IMG/VR virus record: IMGVR_UViG_3300032275_000189 | Coordinates: 1 to 62,447 of that record | DNA from: a virus | Taxonomy: Duplodnaviria > Caudoviricetes | DNA: 62,447 bases | Reading direction: 5' to 3' (one strand) | In this document: positions 37,941-47,876 of the stretch, one piece after another | Layout of the letters: the number at the start of each line of letters is the position of its first letter | Numbering within the stretch: the stretch's first letter is position 1 | The notes under the pieces: model-generated | Database searches by the model: none | What the model was told of the DNA's origin: nothing | Seen by the model: only the letters and a program-made list of their open reading frames with translations | Translations under genes and position numbers: made by a program

Positions 37941-39356
37941 ATGAACCTGAATTGGCTCAACAACATCTGTTGGCTTTCTGACTCGTACAAAATCAGCCAT
38001 TGGAAGCAATATCCACCTGGAACACGTCGCATTTACTCGTATTTCGAGTCCCGTTCCGGGTCAGTTCACCCCGCCACGACCTTTTTCGGCCTCCAATATT
38101 GGCTGAAGCAATATCTGGTTGGACAGGTCGTCACCGCCGAGAAAATCGACCGAGCGGAACGATTATTCAACCGACACTTCGGCGGCAAGGTCTTCAACCG
38201 TGAAGGTTGGGAATATATCCTGAACGCCCACGGCGGTCGTCTTCCAGTCGAAATCAAAGCGGCTCCCGAAGGAACCGTAGTTGGCGAATCCAACGTCCTG
38301 ATGACGGTGGAAAATACCGATGACAAGGTGGCTTGGTTGACTAACTACCTGGAAACCCTTCTGGTTCAGGTATGGTATCCTTCGACGGTGGCTACACAAA
38401 GCCGAGCGATGAGAAAGGTCATCCTCAAGTACCTTGCCCTGACCGGCGACACTTCACTGGTTGACTTCAAGTTGCACGACTTTGGCTTCCGTGGAGTTAC
38501 TTGTCCCGAACAAGCAGCAATCGGCGGCGCAGCACACCTTCTGAATTTCAGAGGAACCGATACTGCACCAGGATTGGTTTTCCATGACGAGTTTTACGGA
38601 CAGTACGATCAAGAATGTGCTGGCTTCTCGATTCCGGCTGCTGAACACAGCACGATTACATCGTGGGGTCGTGAACACGAAGTCGATGCTTGCCGCAATA
38701 TGCTGGTGCAATATCCAGACGGACTCGTGGCAACGGTGAGCGACAGCTACGATATTTTCAACTGCTGTGCCAACATTTGGGGCGGCGTCCTCAAGGACGA
38801 AGTTCTGGCCCGTGATGGCGTGCTAGTTGTTCGCCCGGACTCCGGTGATCCTCCGACCGTTGTGGTTAAGGTGTTGGATATTCTCGGCGATAAGTTTGGA
38901 GTCACCGTCAACTCAAAGGGATATAAAGTCCTGCACCCAAAGGTTCGAGTTATCCAGGGAGACGGCATCGACTTCAAGATGCTCGACCTGATTCTCTCGG
39001 CTATGGAGAAGGCTGGTTGGTCGGCTGACAACATCGCTTTCGGTTCGGGTGGTGGATTGCTCCAGAAACTCAACCGGGATACGCAACGGTTCGCCTTCAA
39101 GTGTTCTTCGGCGGTCGTTGGCGAGGAAGTCCGAGACGTTTACAAGCAGCCTGTCACGGACGGCGGCAAGAAGTCCAAAGCTGGACGACTGAAGCTGGTG
39201 TGGTCAGAGGCGGGCGCACATGGCAAGGTGTTGCAAACCGTGAGTGAGGCCGATCCTCGTCCAGACCAGTTGCAGTTCGTTTTCAGAAACGGCGAACTTC
39301 TGGTGGATCAGACGCTTACTCAAATCCGAGAAGCGACTACGCATACGATTTTGTAA
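37941..39356 (+). CDS. nadV: Nicotinamide phosphoribosyltransferase (NAMPT/NadV family)
   Basis: DSYK.SH..QYP, LHDFGFRG, PAAEHS, VSDSYD, RPDSGDP, IQGDG, FGSGGGLLQ, KKSK.G. Confidence 0.93.
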   Translation: MNLNWLNNICWLSDSYKISHWKQYPPGTRRIYSYFESRSGSVHPATTFFGLQYWLKQYLVGQVVTAEKIDRAERLFNRHFGGKVFNREGWEYILNAHGGRLPVEIKAAPEGTVVGESNVLMTVENTDDKVAWLTNYLETLLVQVWYPSTVATQSRAMRKVILKYLALTGDTSLVDFKLHDFGFRGVTCPEQAAIGGAAHLLNFRGTDTAPGLVFHDEFYGQYDQECAGFSIPAAEHSTITSWGREHEVDACRNMLVQYPDGLVATVSDSYDIFNCCANIWGGVLKDEVLARDGVLVVRPDSGDPPTVVVKVLDILGDKFGVTVNSKGYKVLHPKVRVIQGDGIDFKMLDLILSAMEKAGWSADNIAFGSGGGLLQKLNRDTQRFAFKCSSAVVGEEVRDVYKQPVTDGGKKSKAGRLKLVWSEAGAHGKVLQTVSEADPRPDQLQFVFRNGELLVDQTLTQIREATTHTIL

Positions 39357-39633
39357 GCATTCGATTCCGGCTAATTCCAATCTCATCGGGGCAATCATCG
39401 TGACAATCGGTGGTTGCCCCGATTGTTTTATATCGCCGCTCCATGAGATCATCTTGAATGCGGCTGATTGCGCCACTGACCACAAGACTTTTCAGAGTCT
39501 CGTAGACAGCCGCAGAAAGCGGCTGGTCGCCTTGGTGCCTATATCCGCTACGCAATACGGACTTGACGACTTCAACGTGCTTGAGGCCATCTGGCTGGGA
39601 CTGAACGATTTCGCATACGAGCTTGGCAAGCAT
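39337..39633 (-). CDS. Small winged-helix-like protein
   Basis: AGGAG RBS, own sigma70 promoter, wHTH-like pattern. Confidence 0.65.
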   Translation of the reverse strand: MLAKLVCEIVQSQPDGLKHVEVVKSVLRSGYRHQGDQPLSAAVYETLKSLVVSGAISRIQDDLMERRYKTIGATTDCHDDCPDEIGISRNRMLTKSYA

Positions 39634-39694
39634 GGGTTTGCTCCTCTGAGCGTCCCTGCTCTAAAAAATATCTGTTGTACACCTACGACATCAG

Positions 39695-39723
39695 ATTCTA
39701 GCCCGATTTAGGAAAACAGTCAA
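39695..39723 (-). promoter_or_regulatory. Sigma70-type promoter
   Basis: TTGACT-N17-TAGAAT on the minus strand. Confidence 0.65.
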
Positions 39724-39746
39724 GTTAAGAATTGGTTGTAAACCCA

Positions 39747-40361
39747 TCAGTTTTGGGCTTTGCGAGTCTCACACCAATCAGCAAATGAAGTCTTATTTGG
39801 GAATTTCTTCCTGATCGCTCGCAAGTAGCCGGGCCACGCCTCTTTGAATTTGGGATGCAATTTCATCCCATCCACTTTGTCCAAAGACGCCCATTCTGAC
39901 GCATCGTGTTCTTTTGAAAGCTGTACGTCGAAAGGCTTTGCGACTGCCATCAGATATGTGTGGAAGTGGTGTGCGCCGTCTCTGGAATGGAAATGTCCGA
40001 AGCGTTGTCCTTCGACATTTCCACATTCTTCTCTGGATTCTCGGTGAGCCACATCAAGCGGTGCTTCGCCTTCTTTTGCCTTTCCACCTGGAATGCCCCA
40101 ATGACCGGCGTAGTCGCCAGAATCATCTCTCTTTAGCAAAAGAATCTTATCTCCATCGGTGAATACGATGCCAGCGCCCAATCGACCCCAATATTTGGTG
40201 CCGCCCTTGCCAATGCGATGAAACTGCTCTGCCATATCTGCCACAGTTGGATATATCTCTTGGCGAGTTATTCCCCATTGTTTGCAAATATCGCAAAGCG
40301 GAAGTTCTTGAGCGATTTCGTTTATGTTCGCTCCGCAGTGTTGGCAAATATCGTGGTTCAT
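39747..40361 (-). CDS. NUDIX hydrolase with N-terminal Zn finger
   Basis: PGGKAKEGEAPLDVAHRESREECG Nudix box; CQHC...CDIC. Confidence 0.88.
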   Translation of the reverse strand: MNHDICQHCGANINEIAQELPLCDICKQWGITRQEIYPTVADMAEQFHRIGKGGTKYWGRLGAGIVFTDGDKILLLKRDDSGDYAGHWGIPGGKAKEGEAPLDVAHRESREECGNVEGQRFGHFHSRDGAHHFHTYLMAVAKPFDVQLSKEHDASEWASLDKVDGMKLHPKFKEAWPGYLRAIRKKFPNKTSFADWCETRKAQN

Positions 40362-40963
40362 TATCCCTTTGGACCTCTCTTCAATGGCACTGGTTTCATT
40401 TTCGCAACATGACGATCTGGCTGTCCCTTCAGATGGTGCATCATGTTGTGCAATTCCTTCGTAACCTCTGCCGCTGAATCTCCGTTGCACTTCTGAGCGT
40501 GCTGAACGGATACAGTACGACGGTCCTTGTTATAAAAGCCCTTGCTAATGACAAAACAATTATGATCTGTATTCCAGGTCACAACCCCCGTCCATTCGCC
40601 ATCATCCCAATTACGAGACGAGACAAGCAGACGGAGGGGTTTCTCCGTAAAGACATGCTTGGTGTGGTATCCGTGGTTTTTCAGAGCAGCACTTACATAT
40701 CCAAGGCATATCTTGGCAAATCCTTCCAAGGATTCCTTCGAGGTAGTGCGATAATTAACTTCAATTGCATATCTGGATGTCTCGACAGCTTCGACTAGAT
40801 TTTCTTCCAGATATTCATGGTGGGTTTTCATGCCGCCCCGTAGGGTTGTGGCAAAATACTCTTGGCAAATACGCAAGAAGTCCTCACGCTCTACCTTGAG
40901 TTCGGTGTGCGTGTCGGTGCTTTGTTCATTTCGCCATGCTTGAAAATCTTTCATGAATCCCAT
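40361..40963 (-). CDS. Hypothetical putative internal protein
   Basis: MGFMKDFQAWRNEQ; internal YLEE and LVEA. Confidence 0.75.
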   Translation of the reverse strand: MGFMKDFQAWRNEQSTDTHTELKVEREDFLRICQEYFATTLRGGMKTHHEYLEENLVEAVETSRYAIEVNYRTTSKESLEGFAKICLGYVSAALKNHGYHTKHVFTEKPLRLLVSSRNWDDGEWTGVVTWNTDHNCFVISKGFYNKDRRTVSVQHAQKCNGDSAAEVTKELHNMMHHLKGQPDRHVAKMKPVPLKRGPKG

Positions 40964-41808
40964 CCTTTATCGCTTAGTTCGCAGTCGAAATTGGTCCAAA
41001 TGACTTCTTGTCTTTGACTCTTTTTGCCATTTTGGAGAGTCGAATTCGCATAACACGAAGCCCTTCTTGATTCCTTCCAGCCTGCCAATGTCGTGGAATA
41101 CAACTCATTTATATATCCAGAAAGAACCACCTTGCCCTGCACTGTAAGCAACAAATTCAACAAACTTAGATGTTGTTCGTCACTGAATTCATGCCGATAA
41201 TTTTCACCACCAGATCGGGAACTCATCAAATAAGGGGGATCGACATAATGTAGTGTATCAGGGGTATCGTATCTTTGTATTGCGTCCAATGCGTCAATGT
41301 GTTCGATTTGAACATCTTTGATTCGGCTACAGACATCTTCAAGCCCTTCTATGGCTCCCAGCCATTGATTCACAGGCAATGCTCTTTTTTGACGGGCATC
41401 TTTTTTTGTGTAACTCCAACGACCAGGAGTTGCTCTGGTTGCTAATCCACTTCTGACTTGCCTTGCTCGCACAAAAAAGCGTCGAGCCTTTTCAATCGGA
41501 CTGTCTATTTGCTCAGTGCAAGAAATGGCAAACTCTTCACGAGAGTAAGGAGTCAATTCCAACAATGAAATAAGTTCTTTAGGGTGGGTTCTCAATACTC
41601 TAAAGAAATTGACCACTTCGCTGTAAATGTCATTATAAACCTCAACTTCGCTGGGAATCTTGTTTAACAAGATCGCTCCAGAGCCAGCAAAAGATTCGAC
41701 ATAAACTTTATGCTTAGTATTGTTTACTACGGGCAATAGCCAATCAAGGTGACAAGTTTTACCGCCATACCAAGAAAAAGCACTGATGTCATTTTTTCTT
41801 CGTCTCAT
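40951..41808 (-). CDS. dam: Second DNA adenine methyltransferase (D12 class)
   Basis: WYGGK, YVESFAGSG, YND, YVDPPY, LSGY, EVIWTN. Confidence 0.9.
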   Translation of the reverse strand: MRRRKNDISAFSWYGGKTCHLDWLLPVVNNTKHKVYVESFAGSGAILLNKIPSEVEVYNDIYSEVVNFFRVLRTHPKELISLLELTPYSREEFAISCTEQIDSPIEKARRFFVRARQVRSGLATRATPGRWSYTKKDARQKRALPVNQWLGAIEGLEDVCSRIKDVQIEHIDALDAIQRYDTPDTLHYVDPPYLMSSRSGGENYRHEFSDEQHLSLLNLLLTVQGKVVLSGYINELYSTTLAGWKESRRASCYANSTLQNGKKSQRQEVIWTNFDCELSDKGWDS

Positions 41809-42680
41809 TACATCATTCTTGGGCCAAGAAGATCGCCAAATCTAGTAAGCAATCTTTCTTCCCAATCCTTCTTCTCTTGAAGACCTTCAGCGAGAATTGC
41901 CTGCCCATCCAACTGAACGCCGCCACCGGGACCAGGAGGATTGGCAATACGACTACGAATGCGACCCAATACAATCTTGGCAAATGCCAAAGCACCTTCC
42001 TGCATTGCTTGAGTTACCATGCGGAAATCTGGTTTTTTTTGAAGATACCGAACTGCTACAGGATAGCTGCGATATGGAATTGGATACAGCTTAATATGGT
42101 TGTAGCCACCGAGGAATTCCCAACCACCTTGCTGCCCAGAGATTCTATTGTACATATCCTCGTATTGCTTGTACAAAACCCAATCCGACATCTTGCCCCA
42201 AACTGGCTGTTGCGGATTTATACCACCAGCAACTGAACCATAAGCCCCGCCGCCCATGTAATCCAGAGGAATTACGCCACCGAGATCGGAGGCTGAGAAG
42301 GCATAATTTGCTGTTTCTTTGTAGGAAATTTGTCTAATGAAGCCAACATCTGGTGGCATTTGATAGACGCTTTGCCCTGGCACCGTATAGAAGGTGTGAT
42401 ACTGAAAGTATTCCATTGGGGCGTAATCTTCAAATATTTGTAGAGCGAAATCAATGCAGTTTTCGATCTGCTGATCGTCCAATTCAAGCGGCAATACTGG
42501 AGCGCCGAGCATTGTTAGGACATATTCTTTGATTTGACCACGCACTTTTCCTCGATTTTTGCGTGGACCTATCTTATCTAAAGGATCAGTAGGGCCTAAA
42601 TCTCCGCAGCCCTGTCCACAGGAAAGTTGTGAGAATTGGTCCTTGGTCGGTCGTGGGATAAAAAGCATATTATTCATCAT
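41808..42680 (-). CDS. gp13: Neck/head-tail adaptor, T4 gp13-like
   Basis: YVLTMLGAPVLPLELDDQQIENCIDFALQ; GGVQLDGQAILAEG. Confidence 0.85.
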   Translation of the reverse strand: MMNNMLFIPRPTKDQFSQLSCGQGCGDLGPTDPLDKIGPRKNRGKVRGQIKEYVLTMLGAPVLPLELDDQQIENCIDFALQIFEDYAPMEYFQYHTFYTVPGQSVYQMPPDVGFIRQISYKETANYAFSASDLGGVIPLDYMGGGAYGSVAGGINPQQPVWGKMSDWVLYKQYEDMYNRISGQQGGWEFLGGYNHIKLYPIPYRSYPVAVRYLQKKPDFRMVTQAMQEGALAFAKIVLGRIRSRIANPPGPGGGVQLDGQAILAEGLQEKKDWEERLLTRFGDLLGPRMM

Positions 42681-42728
42681 GGTAATCTATATATCAGGAG
42701 CATGAGTGAAACTCGTAAAGGTAGGACT

Positions 42729-45700
42729 ATGGCTGTAATCACAAGAACATTCCGTGGGTTTTTTGAACAAAAATTCCAGGAAGAAAAAGCAACCCGATAC
42801 TTTAGGCCCGACTGTTTCGTTACAGAAATGGCTATTCGTCACCACATTCGCAATGATATGCCAATTAAATTTGACGATGACGATCTTGAATTCCTACGAC
42901 AGTTTCCGCATGATTTTTGGGTAAATGCGAAGAAAGCTCGATATGAAATGCTGTTTAGAGCAGTGCAGGGCTTGCACAATAAAAGACACGACGAATATAA
43001 GCAAAAAGAATTAGTACAAGCAATTGTCGCTGCTATGGAAACAGGCGAGTGGAGCCACCTTGGTCCTTCGGAAAAAAATCCAGAGGGGATTGTGCCAGCT
43101 TGGGAAATTGCGCACTTAAAACAAAACTCTAAGGCGATGAATCGCAATCAAAAAGAAGCACATGCTGAAAAATTGGCCCACGAGTTTATCAGAAAACAAA
43201 CAGCACACGTTGACGAACCAAAGGAAGCAGTTCCATGTGCGCCCAACTTGCCACCCGAATACTCGTGCTTTACGCTTACCTCTAGCGATACATCGGCCAA
43301 ACCAAGAAAGCAAACATTCACGGCAAAGCCATTTTTGAATCGGCTTTACCATAAGTTGGAAACTACGCCTGGAGAGGAGTTCCATCCAGAGTCAGGTCTG
43401 CAAGGTCGAGGCAAATACGGCTTTGATATGACCGATCCGATTGATGGCAAAAAGAACATTCAAAAAGTCTTAGATGATGATGGAGACGAAATTAAGGTTA
43501 AAGGATCGCATTTAACTTCGGGATTTAAGTTTCCATCGGGAGATACAATTAGCCTCCAAATGGGTAAATTTTTAAGTGCAAATGCCAGCCACATCTTTGG
43601 AAAGCTGCCAGAAGATGTCGAGTGGAAAGAAATGAAAGGCAAGCAAGATACTTGGTCGGCTAAATTTGTCAAAAATCAACTAAGAAAGAAAATTGAAGCA
43701 GGATTAAGAAGAACATGGAAAGGAACCGACCCTGACCTTCGCACAGAAGTAAACAAACAAGTAAATGCAGAACTTTTTGAGAGAGTGCAAAAAGGAGAAT
43801 TTAGAGGGCCACCGATTCCAGGTGTGGCTCCCAAAGGATTTCCAATTGGAATCAAAATGACATCAAAAGGCCCGAAGTTTGTAAACCCTCCTCTTTATTT
43901 GCCAGTCAAAAAGCAAATGATTCAAAAGGTCATAGATGGGAAAGTACAGTCCGTTCCTGTGGACGTGCCTATCGTTAATCCTGCGCATTATCTTCGTGAA
44001 TTGGGGAAAGAAGAATCTGACTACGAACACGAATATGATTCTCAAGGGAATGAAAGAAGGAAATACAATCCTGAGACTGGACAGCCGATCTACAAAGTAC
44101 CGGAAGACCAATTAAGAGGGTATGACAAATCTTTTGTCCATGTTCCAGATGATGTTTATGGAAAACAAAAACACATGGCTCCGGGAGCATTGGATGCTAA
44201 CCATGATTCTGAACAAGTCTTGCACATGACTAGAGGAAACCCTAAATGGCAAGAAACTTATGACAAAATATTTCAGAGTCAACAAAGAGTTCACATGGAT
44301 CAAAATGGCAAAATAACGCCTGATCCAAATGGAGCTTTCTATGAAGACATTGCCAAAGGCATGAAAAAGTGTCTATGGTCAGATGCCTGTGGTGGCGCTA
44401 CGTCGCATGAAAGAGAAATTTTCAAGCACGATCTTGAAGGGTTCCACTCATACATCGTTACAAAAATGGTTCAAGCTATGGACGACCCTGATCTACTCAC
44501 GCCAGATGGCCGTATGGGTTTTGCATACAACAAAATAACAACTGTATTACAAAAAGACCAAGGCAAGGGCGGTGGTCCTCGTCGTATGAGGATGATAAAT
44601 CGTGGCACTGATTCTCGCAATGTCAGCTTTAGTGGTGGTGGAGATGCCAACATTGAAGATGATCTCATGAGTCGAGTTGCATCTAGTGGTGGCAAGATTG
44701 GCAAAAAAAAGCGTGGCAAAGGCCAGCGTGAATGGGACACAAGTGGATTGGCCACTCCGTACAACATTTCCGTTATGCGTGACGCTATAAGGAAAATGCA
44801 ACAAGATGCAGCAAAGGCCGATGATCTTACTCATACAGCAAAAGAACTAAGCAATCATGAAACTGGTGTTCACATCATTAAAATGATTCGTGATGGCATC
44901 AACTCGCAAATTGACTTCAAGTTATTCTTAGGCAACACACTTGGTACTCTGTATAGAAACACCGGAATGTCGCAAGAAGAGGCCAAAGAAACCGCAGAGA
45001 GATTGGTTAAGGGCTGGATTGATGAAGATGGACTTAGAACATCCGAACAATTGATGTCTGCGTTCCAAAATCACCCCTTGGTAAAACAAGCAATAGAAGT
45101 CGGCTCAGGTGATGCTGGAAAGATTCATCCTGTTGATGACGATCAAGAATCAGACAAAGAGTTAAAGAGTGCTTTGCATTACTTGCAATTTTACTTCGAC
45201 AATATGGAAGAAGCTGATTTTGAAGAAAAAGATGAGAAGCAATTCAACTTGCTGGCAAAACGGGGTGCAAAATATGGCAACTTTATACAAGAACTTATTC
45301 TAAATAAAATTGTCGGCAAGGACAACACCAATGTAATGGACCGAGTTCAGGCTGAAATCAATCGACGCTTTAATTTGCCAGCACCAGCGGCATCACCAGC
45401 GGCATCACCAGCGGCATCACATGCGGCTAGAGAAATTACGCCTCCGACAAAGACAACGGCACAGGCAGAAATTACGCCTCCGATAAAGCCAACGACCTTG
45501 AAAGACAAGATTGCTCAACGAAAGGGTCAGAATCAAACAACACCAGAGGCACAGCCAGAACCAGCAGTAGCTCCTGCTCCTACAGCGCCAGCCCCGGCTG
45601 CGGCTCCACAGCAAGTTCCTACGCCTACGGAAAGTGTTGATGATCTATTTGAAAAAAGGAATTGGCTTGGTCTTGCTCACCATCCACATTACTTGAGAAA

Positions 45701-45833
45701 TCACTCATCAGATTTAACAGAACAGAAGAAGAAGTTGCTCAATTACTTCCACACAAGCAAGGATAAGTACCAGCCACACGAGTACGCTTCGGCTGTTGCA
45801 AATCTTGAAAAATCAATAAGGGAAGGATCATAA
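42729..45833 (+). CDS. Large hypothetical virion/internal protein (about 1035 aa)
   Basis: Long ORF inside the structural region; TFRGFFEQKFQEE N-terminus; Pro/Ala-rich repeats. Confidence 0.8.
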   Translation: MAVITRTFRGFFEQKFQEEKATRYFRPDCFVTEMAIRHHIRNDMPIKFDDDDLEFLRQFPHDFWVNAKKARYEMLFRAVQGLHNKRHDEYKQKELVQAIVAAMETGEWSHLGPSEKNPEGIVPAWEIAHLKQNSKAMNRNQKEAHAEKLAHEFIRKQTAHVDEPKEAVPCAPNLPPEYSCFTLTSSDTSAKPRKQTFTAKPFLNRLYHKLETTPGEEFHPESGLQGRGKYGFDMTDPIDGKKNIQKVLDDDGDEIKVKGSHLTSGFKFPSGDTISLQMGKFLSANASHIFGKLPEDVEWKEMKGKQDTWSAKFVKNQLRKKIEAGLRRTWKGTDPDLRTEVNKQVNAELFERVQKGEFRGPPIPGVAPKGFPIGIKMTSKGPKFVNPPLYLPVKKQMIQKVIDGKVQSVPVDVPIVNPAHYLRELGKEESDYEHEYDSQGNERRKYNPETGQPIYKVPEDQLRGYDKSFVHVPDDVYGKQKHMAPGALDANHDSEQVLHMTRGNPKWQETYDKIFQSQQRVHMDQNGKITPDPNGAFYEDIAKGMKKCLWSDACGGATSHEREIFKHDLEGFHSYIVTKMVQAMDDPDLLTPDGRMGFAYNKITTVLQKDQGKGGGPRRMRMINRGTDSRNVSFSGGGDANIEDDLMSRVASSGGKIGKKKRGKGQREWDTSGLATPYNISVMRDAIRKMQQDAAKADDLTHTAKELSNHETGVHIIKMIRDGINSQIDFKLFLGNTLGTLYRNTGMSQEEAKETAERLVKGWIDEDGLRTSEQLMSAFQNHPLVKQAIEVGSGDAGKIHPVDDDQESDKELKSALHYLQFYFDNMEEADFEEKDEKQFNLLAKRGAKYGNFIQELILNKIVGKDNTNVMDRVQAEINRRFNLPAPAASPAASPAASHAAREITPPTKTTAQAEITPPIKPTTLKDKIAQRKGQNQTTPEAQPEPAVAPAPTAPAPAAAPQQVPTPTESVDDLFEKRNWLGLAHHPHYLRNHSSDLTEQKKKLLNYFHTSKDKYQPHEYASAVANLEKSIREGS
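45383..45420 (+). repeat. 12-bp tandem repeat x3 (PAAS)
   Basis: ACCAGCGGCATC x3. Confidence 0.85.
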
Positions 45834-46102
45834 TGGCAAGTTGGATGGATTACATGAGTAACCCCCGTGGGCATTACTTAAAGAAGACAATGTTTGAAGT
45901 GCTGCAAGAAAGATATGCACAGAATGAACAAATAATTGAAAGAATGGGAGTCACCCTCCTTACAGAGAGCGACCTTACTGCGTTTATGAAATTGGTCGGT
46001 GACATTTACGAGATGGCTTATTTGAAAGCTGTCAACGACCATAGAGAGCAACTTCAAAAAGCAGGACTGGTTGCACGGATTGTACCGCCAGGAAAGTCAT
46101 AG
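45833..46102 (+). CDS. Hypothetical protein
   Basis: TAATG coupling. Confidence 0.7.
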   Translation: MASWMDYMSNPRGHYLKKTMFEVLQERYAQNEQIIERMGVTLLTESDLTAFMKLVGDIYEMAYLKAVNDHREQLQKAGLVARIVPPGKS

Positions 46103-46720
46103 ATCGAAAGAGGGCTGGTGATCTGAAGGCGTTGCCGATAAGACCCAGCCCCCTCCTTTTTGTTCTTTTCCCTGGACTCGCCACCATCGTTTGTAGCCTT
46201 GCTTTGGAAAAAGGATGGACCCGGCATTGATTGAATCAGCATCAGTCCAAACTTCAATGAACAAATCTTGTTGATTCAGGATGACGCCTTCAAAAGAAGT
46301 TGGTTTTCCATATTGGACAGTAGTATAAGAATCGCCATAAAGGGAATCTTTCCTGGTTCTCAAAACAGCGGGCAGACAATGAATAAATGTCTTTTCAATT
46401 CCGCTGTCTGTAGATGCTCTGAGTTCTTCTCTTTGTAAGTCGGGTTGAACGACAGGCTTTCTCTCAACTTGAGGTGGGGTGGATTCCGTTTTGGCCTCAG
46501 ACACCTTAATTTCGGCTTTGGCCTTGTCTAAAGCAGACAAAAAGGTGTCCCGAACATCAAAATCGGATGTTAAAGGGGTAACTTGATTGGTGTCTTTGGC
46601 GGTTTCACCATCCCACTGCATATTATGGACTGTGAATCCTTCCCATGTTTCTTGGGTCTTCATAACCGGATTTGGTGCGGCGAGCTTATATAAGCTACCG
46701 TCTTTATTGCGTAGTGTCAT
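46097..46720 (-). CDS. Hypothetical protein; possible head-closure-fold paralog
   Basis: TATATA-N4-ATG; N-terminus resembles that of the 47322 gene. Confidence 0.7.
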   Translation of the reverse strand: MTLRNKDGSLYKLAAPNPVMKTQETWEGFTVHNMQWDGETAKDTNQVTPLTSDFDVRDTFLSALDKAKAEIKVSEAKTESTPPQVERKPVVQPDLQREELRASTDSGIEKTFIHCLPAVLRTRKDSLYGDSYTTVQYGKPTSFEGVILNQQDLFIEVWTDADSINAGSILFPKQGYKRWWRVQGKEQKGGGWVLSATPSDHQPSFDL

Positions 46721-46765
46721 GCAATATATACGTCGATTTGTGATTAGAAAAAGGAAGAATGAATT

Positions 46766-47197
46766 ATGTCGCTAGTGGTTCCAAATATTTCCGATGTTCT
46801 CATGCTTCAATACATTGTGAACATGATTGGGCAAGACGGCGGTGCTGCCCCTTCGGGCGGTCAACGTCTGCTTCGCCTTTTCACAAATAATTTGACGCCC
46901 GGTAAAACAACCGATTTGGCTGCAAATATCACTGAAGCAACAGCCCCAACTGGCTATATCCCCTATACAATGTTAGGGAGCGGTTGGACCACTACTTCTT
47001 CATTTGGTGTAAATTCCGCAGTATACAGCGAGCATACTTTTTCATTTACGACAGGTGTGACCATTTACGGATACTACGTTACTACAATTGAAGGTACACC
47101 TAGATTATTGTGGGTGGAAAGATTTTCCACGGCTCCGTACACTTTGCCAGCAGGCGGTGGCGAGATCGCAATATCCCCACGCTTTACACTTAATTGA
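46766..47197 (+). CDS. Putative virion structural protein
   Basis: LRLFTN...TEA...GY, TIYGYYV, WVERF; T/S/G-rich. Confidence 0.7.
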   Translation: MSLVVPNISDVLMLQYIVNMIGQDGGAAPSGGQRLLRLFTNNLTPGKTTDLAANITEATAPTGYIPYTMLGSGWTTTSSFGVNSAVYSEHTFSFTTGVTIYGYYVTTIEGTPRLLWVERFSTAPYTLPAGGGEIAISPRFTLN

Positions 47198-47224
47198 TTT
47201 TCAGCTTTGACTATTGAATTTATG

Positions 47225-47255
47225 AAAACCCATCCTGAAAAGGATGGGTTTTTTT
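47225..47255 (+). terminator. Intrinsic terminator
   Basis: AAAACCCATCCT / AGGATGGGTTTT plus T-tract. Confidence 0.8.
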
Positions 47256-47321
47256 CGTTTGCGCACTACGCTTCCAAATTTCCGCTGTGTACATTCCAAG
47301 ACTAACAAACTATATACCAAC

Positions 47322-47864
47322 ATGGGACTGAAGAACTTAGACGGAACACCGTATCAATTGCGTGGAAGCGTGCAGATGTTTGATCCAAATGATCGAACGC
47401 ACGATCTTTTCAATCTGTGGGATCAAGAAGCGATCTTACGGGGTGGATCGCCGCTTTACTACTATGAAGTGGTTATCACCCCTAACATGATTGATCCGGT
47501 GTATTTGGAAGCTCGTGGTAAATTGTTTTCAAACAACCCTGTTCAATTATGGTGTAACTACGAGCCAATTCCTTCACAAAACCTAATCAATCAGTTTGGC
47601 ATTGATGCCCCCGACGAAATGAAATTCGAGCTTAACTACCGATCTGTACTCCAGAACGTCGGGCATCCACCCAAAATTGGATCAAGGTTGTTTACCCCAC
47701 ACCTTAGAGAGAATTGGGTTATTGTTCAAAGAAACCTGGGCGAGTTCAAGCTATGGGGCGCACTCCGTATTGAACTGATTTGCCAACGATTCCAGGAAGA
47801 CGTGGTAACAGGCGAAGGCAAAGTTACACAAAAACAACCAGATTTGAAAATCAAAATCGTTTAA
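47322..47864 (+). CDS. gp14: Neck/head-closure protein, T4 gp14-like
   Basis: EAILRGG.PLYYY, DPVYLE, NQFGID.PDE..F, P.IGSRL. Confidence 0.65.
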   Translation: MGLKNLDGTPYQLRGSVQMFDPNDRTHDLFNLWDQEAILRGGSPLYYYEVVITPNMIDPVYLEARGKLFSNNPVQLWCNYEPIPSQNLINQFGIDAPDEMKFELNYRSVLQNVGHPPKIGSRLFTPHLRENWVIVQRNLGEFKLWGALRIELICQRFQEDVVTGEGKVTQKQPDLKIKIV

Positions 47865-47876
47865 TCGAGGACCACA

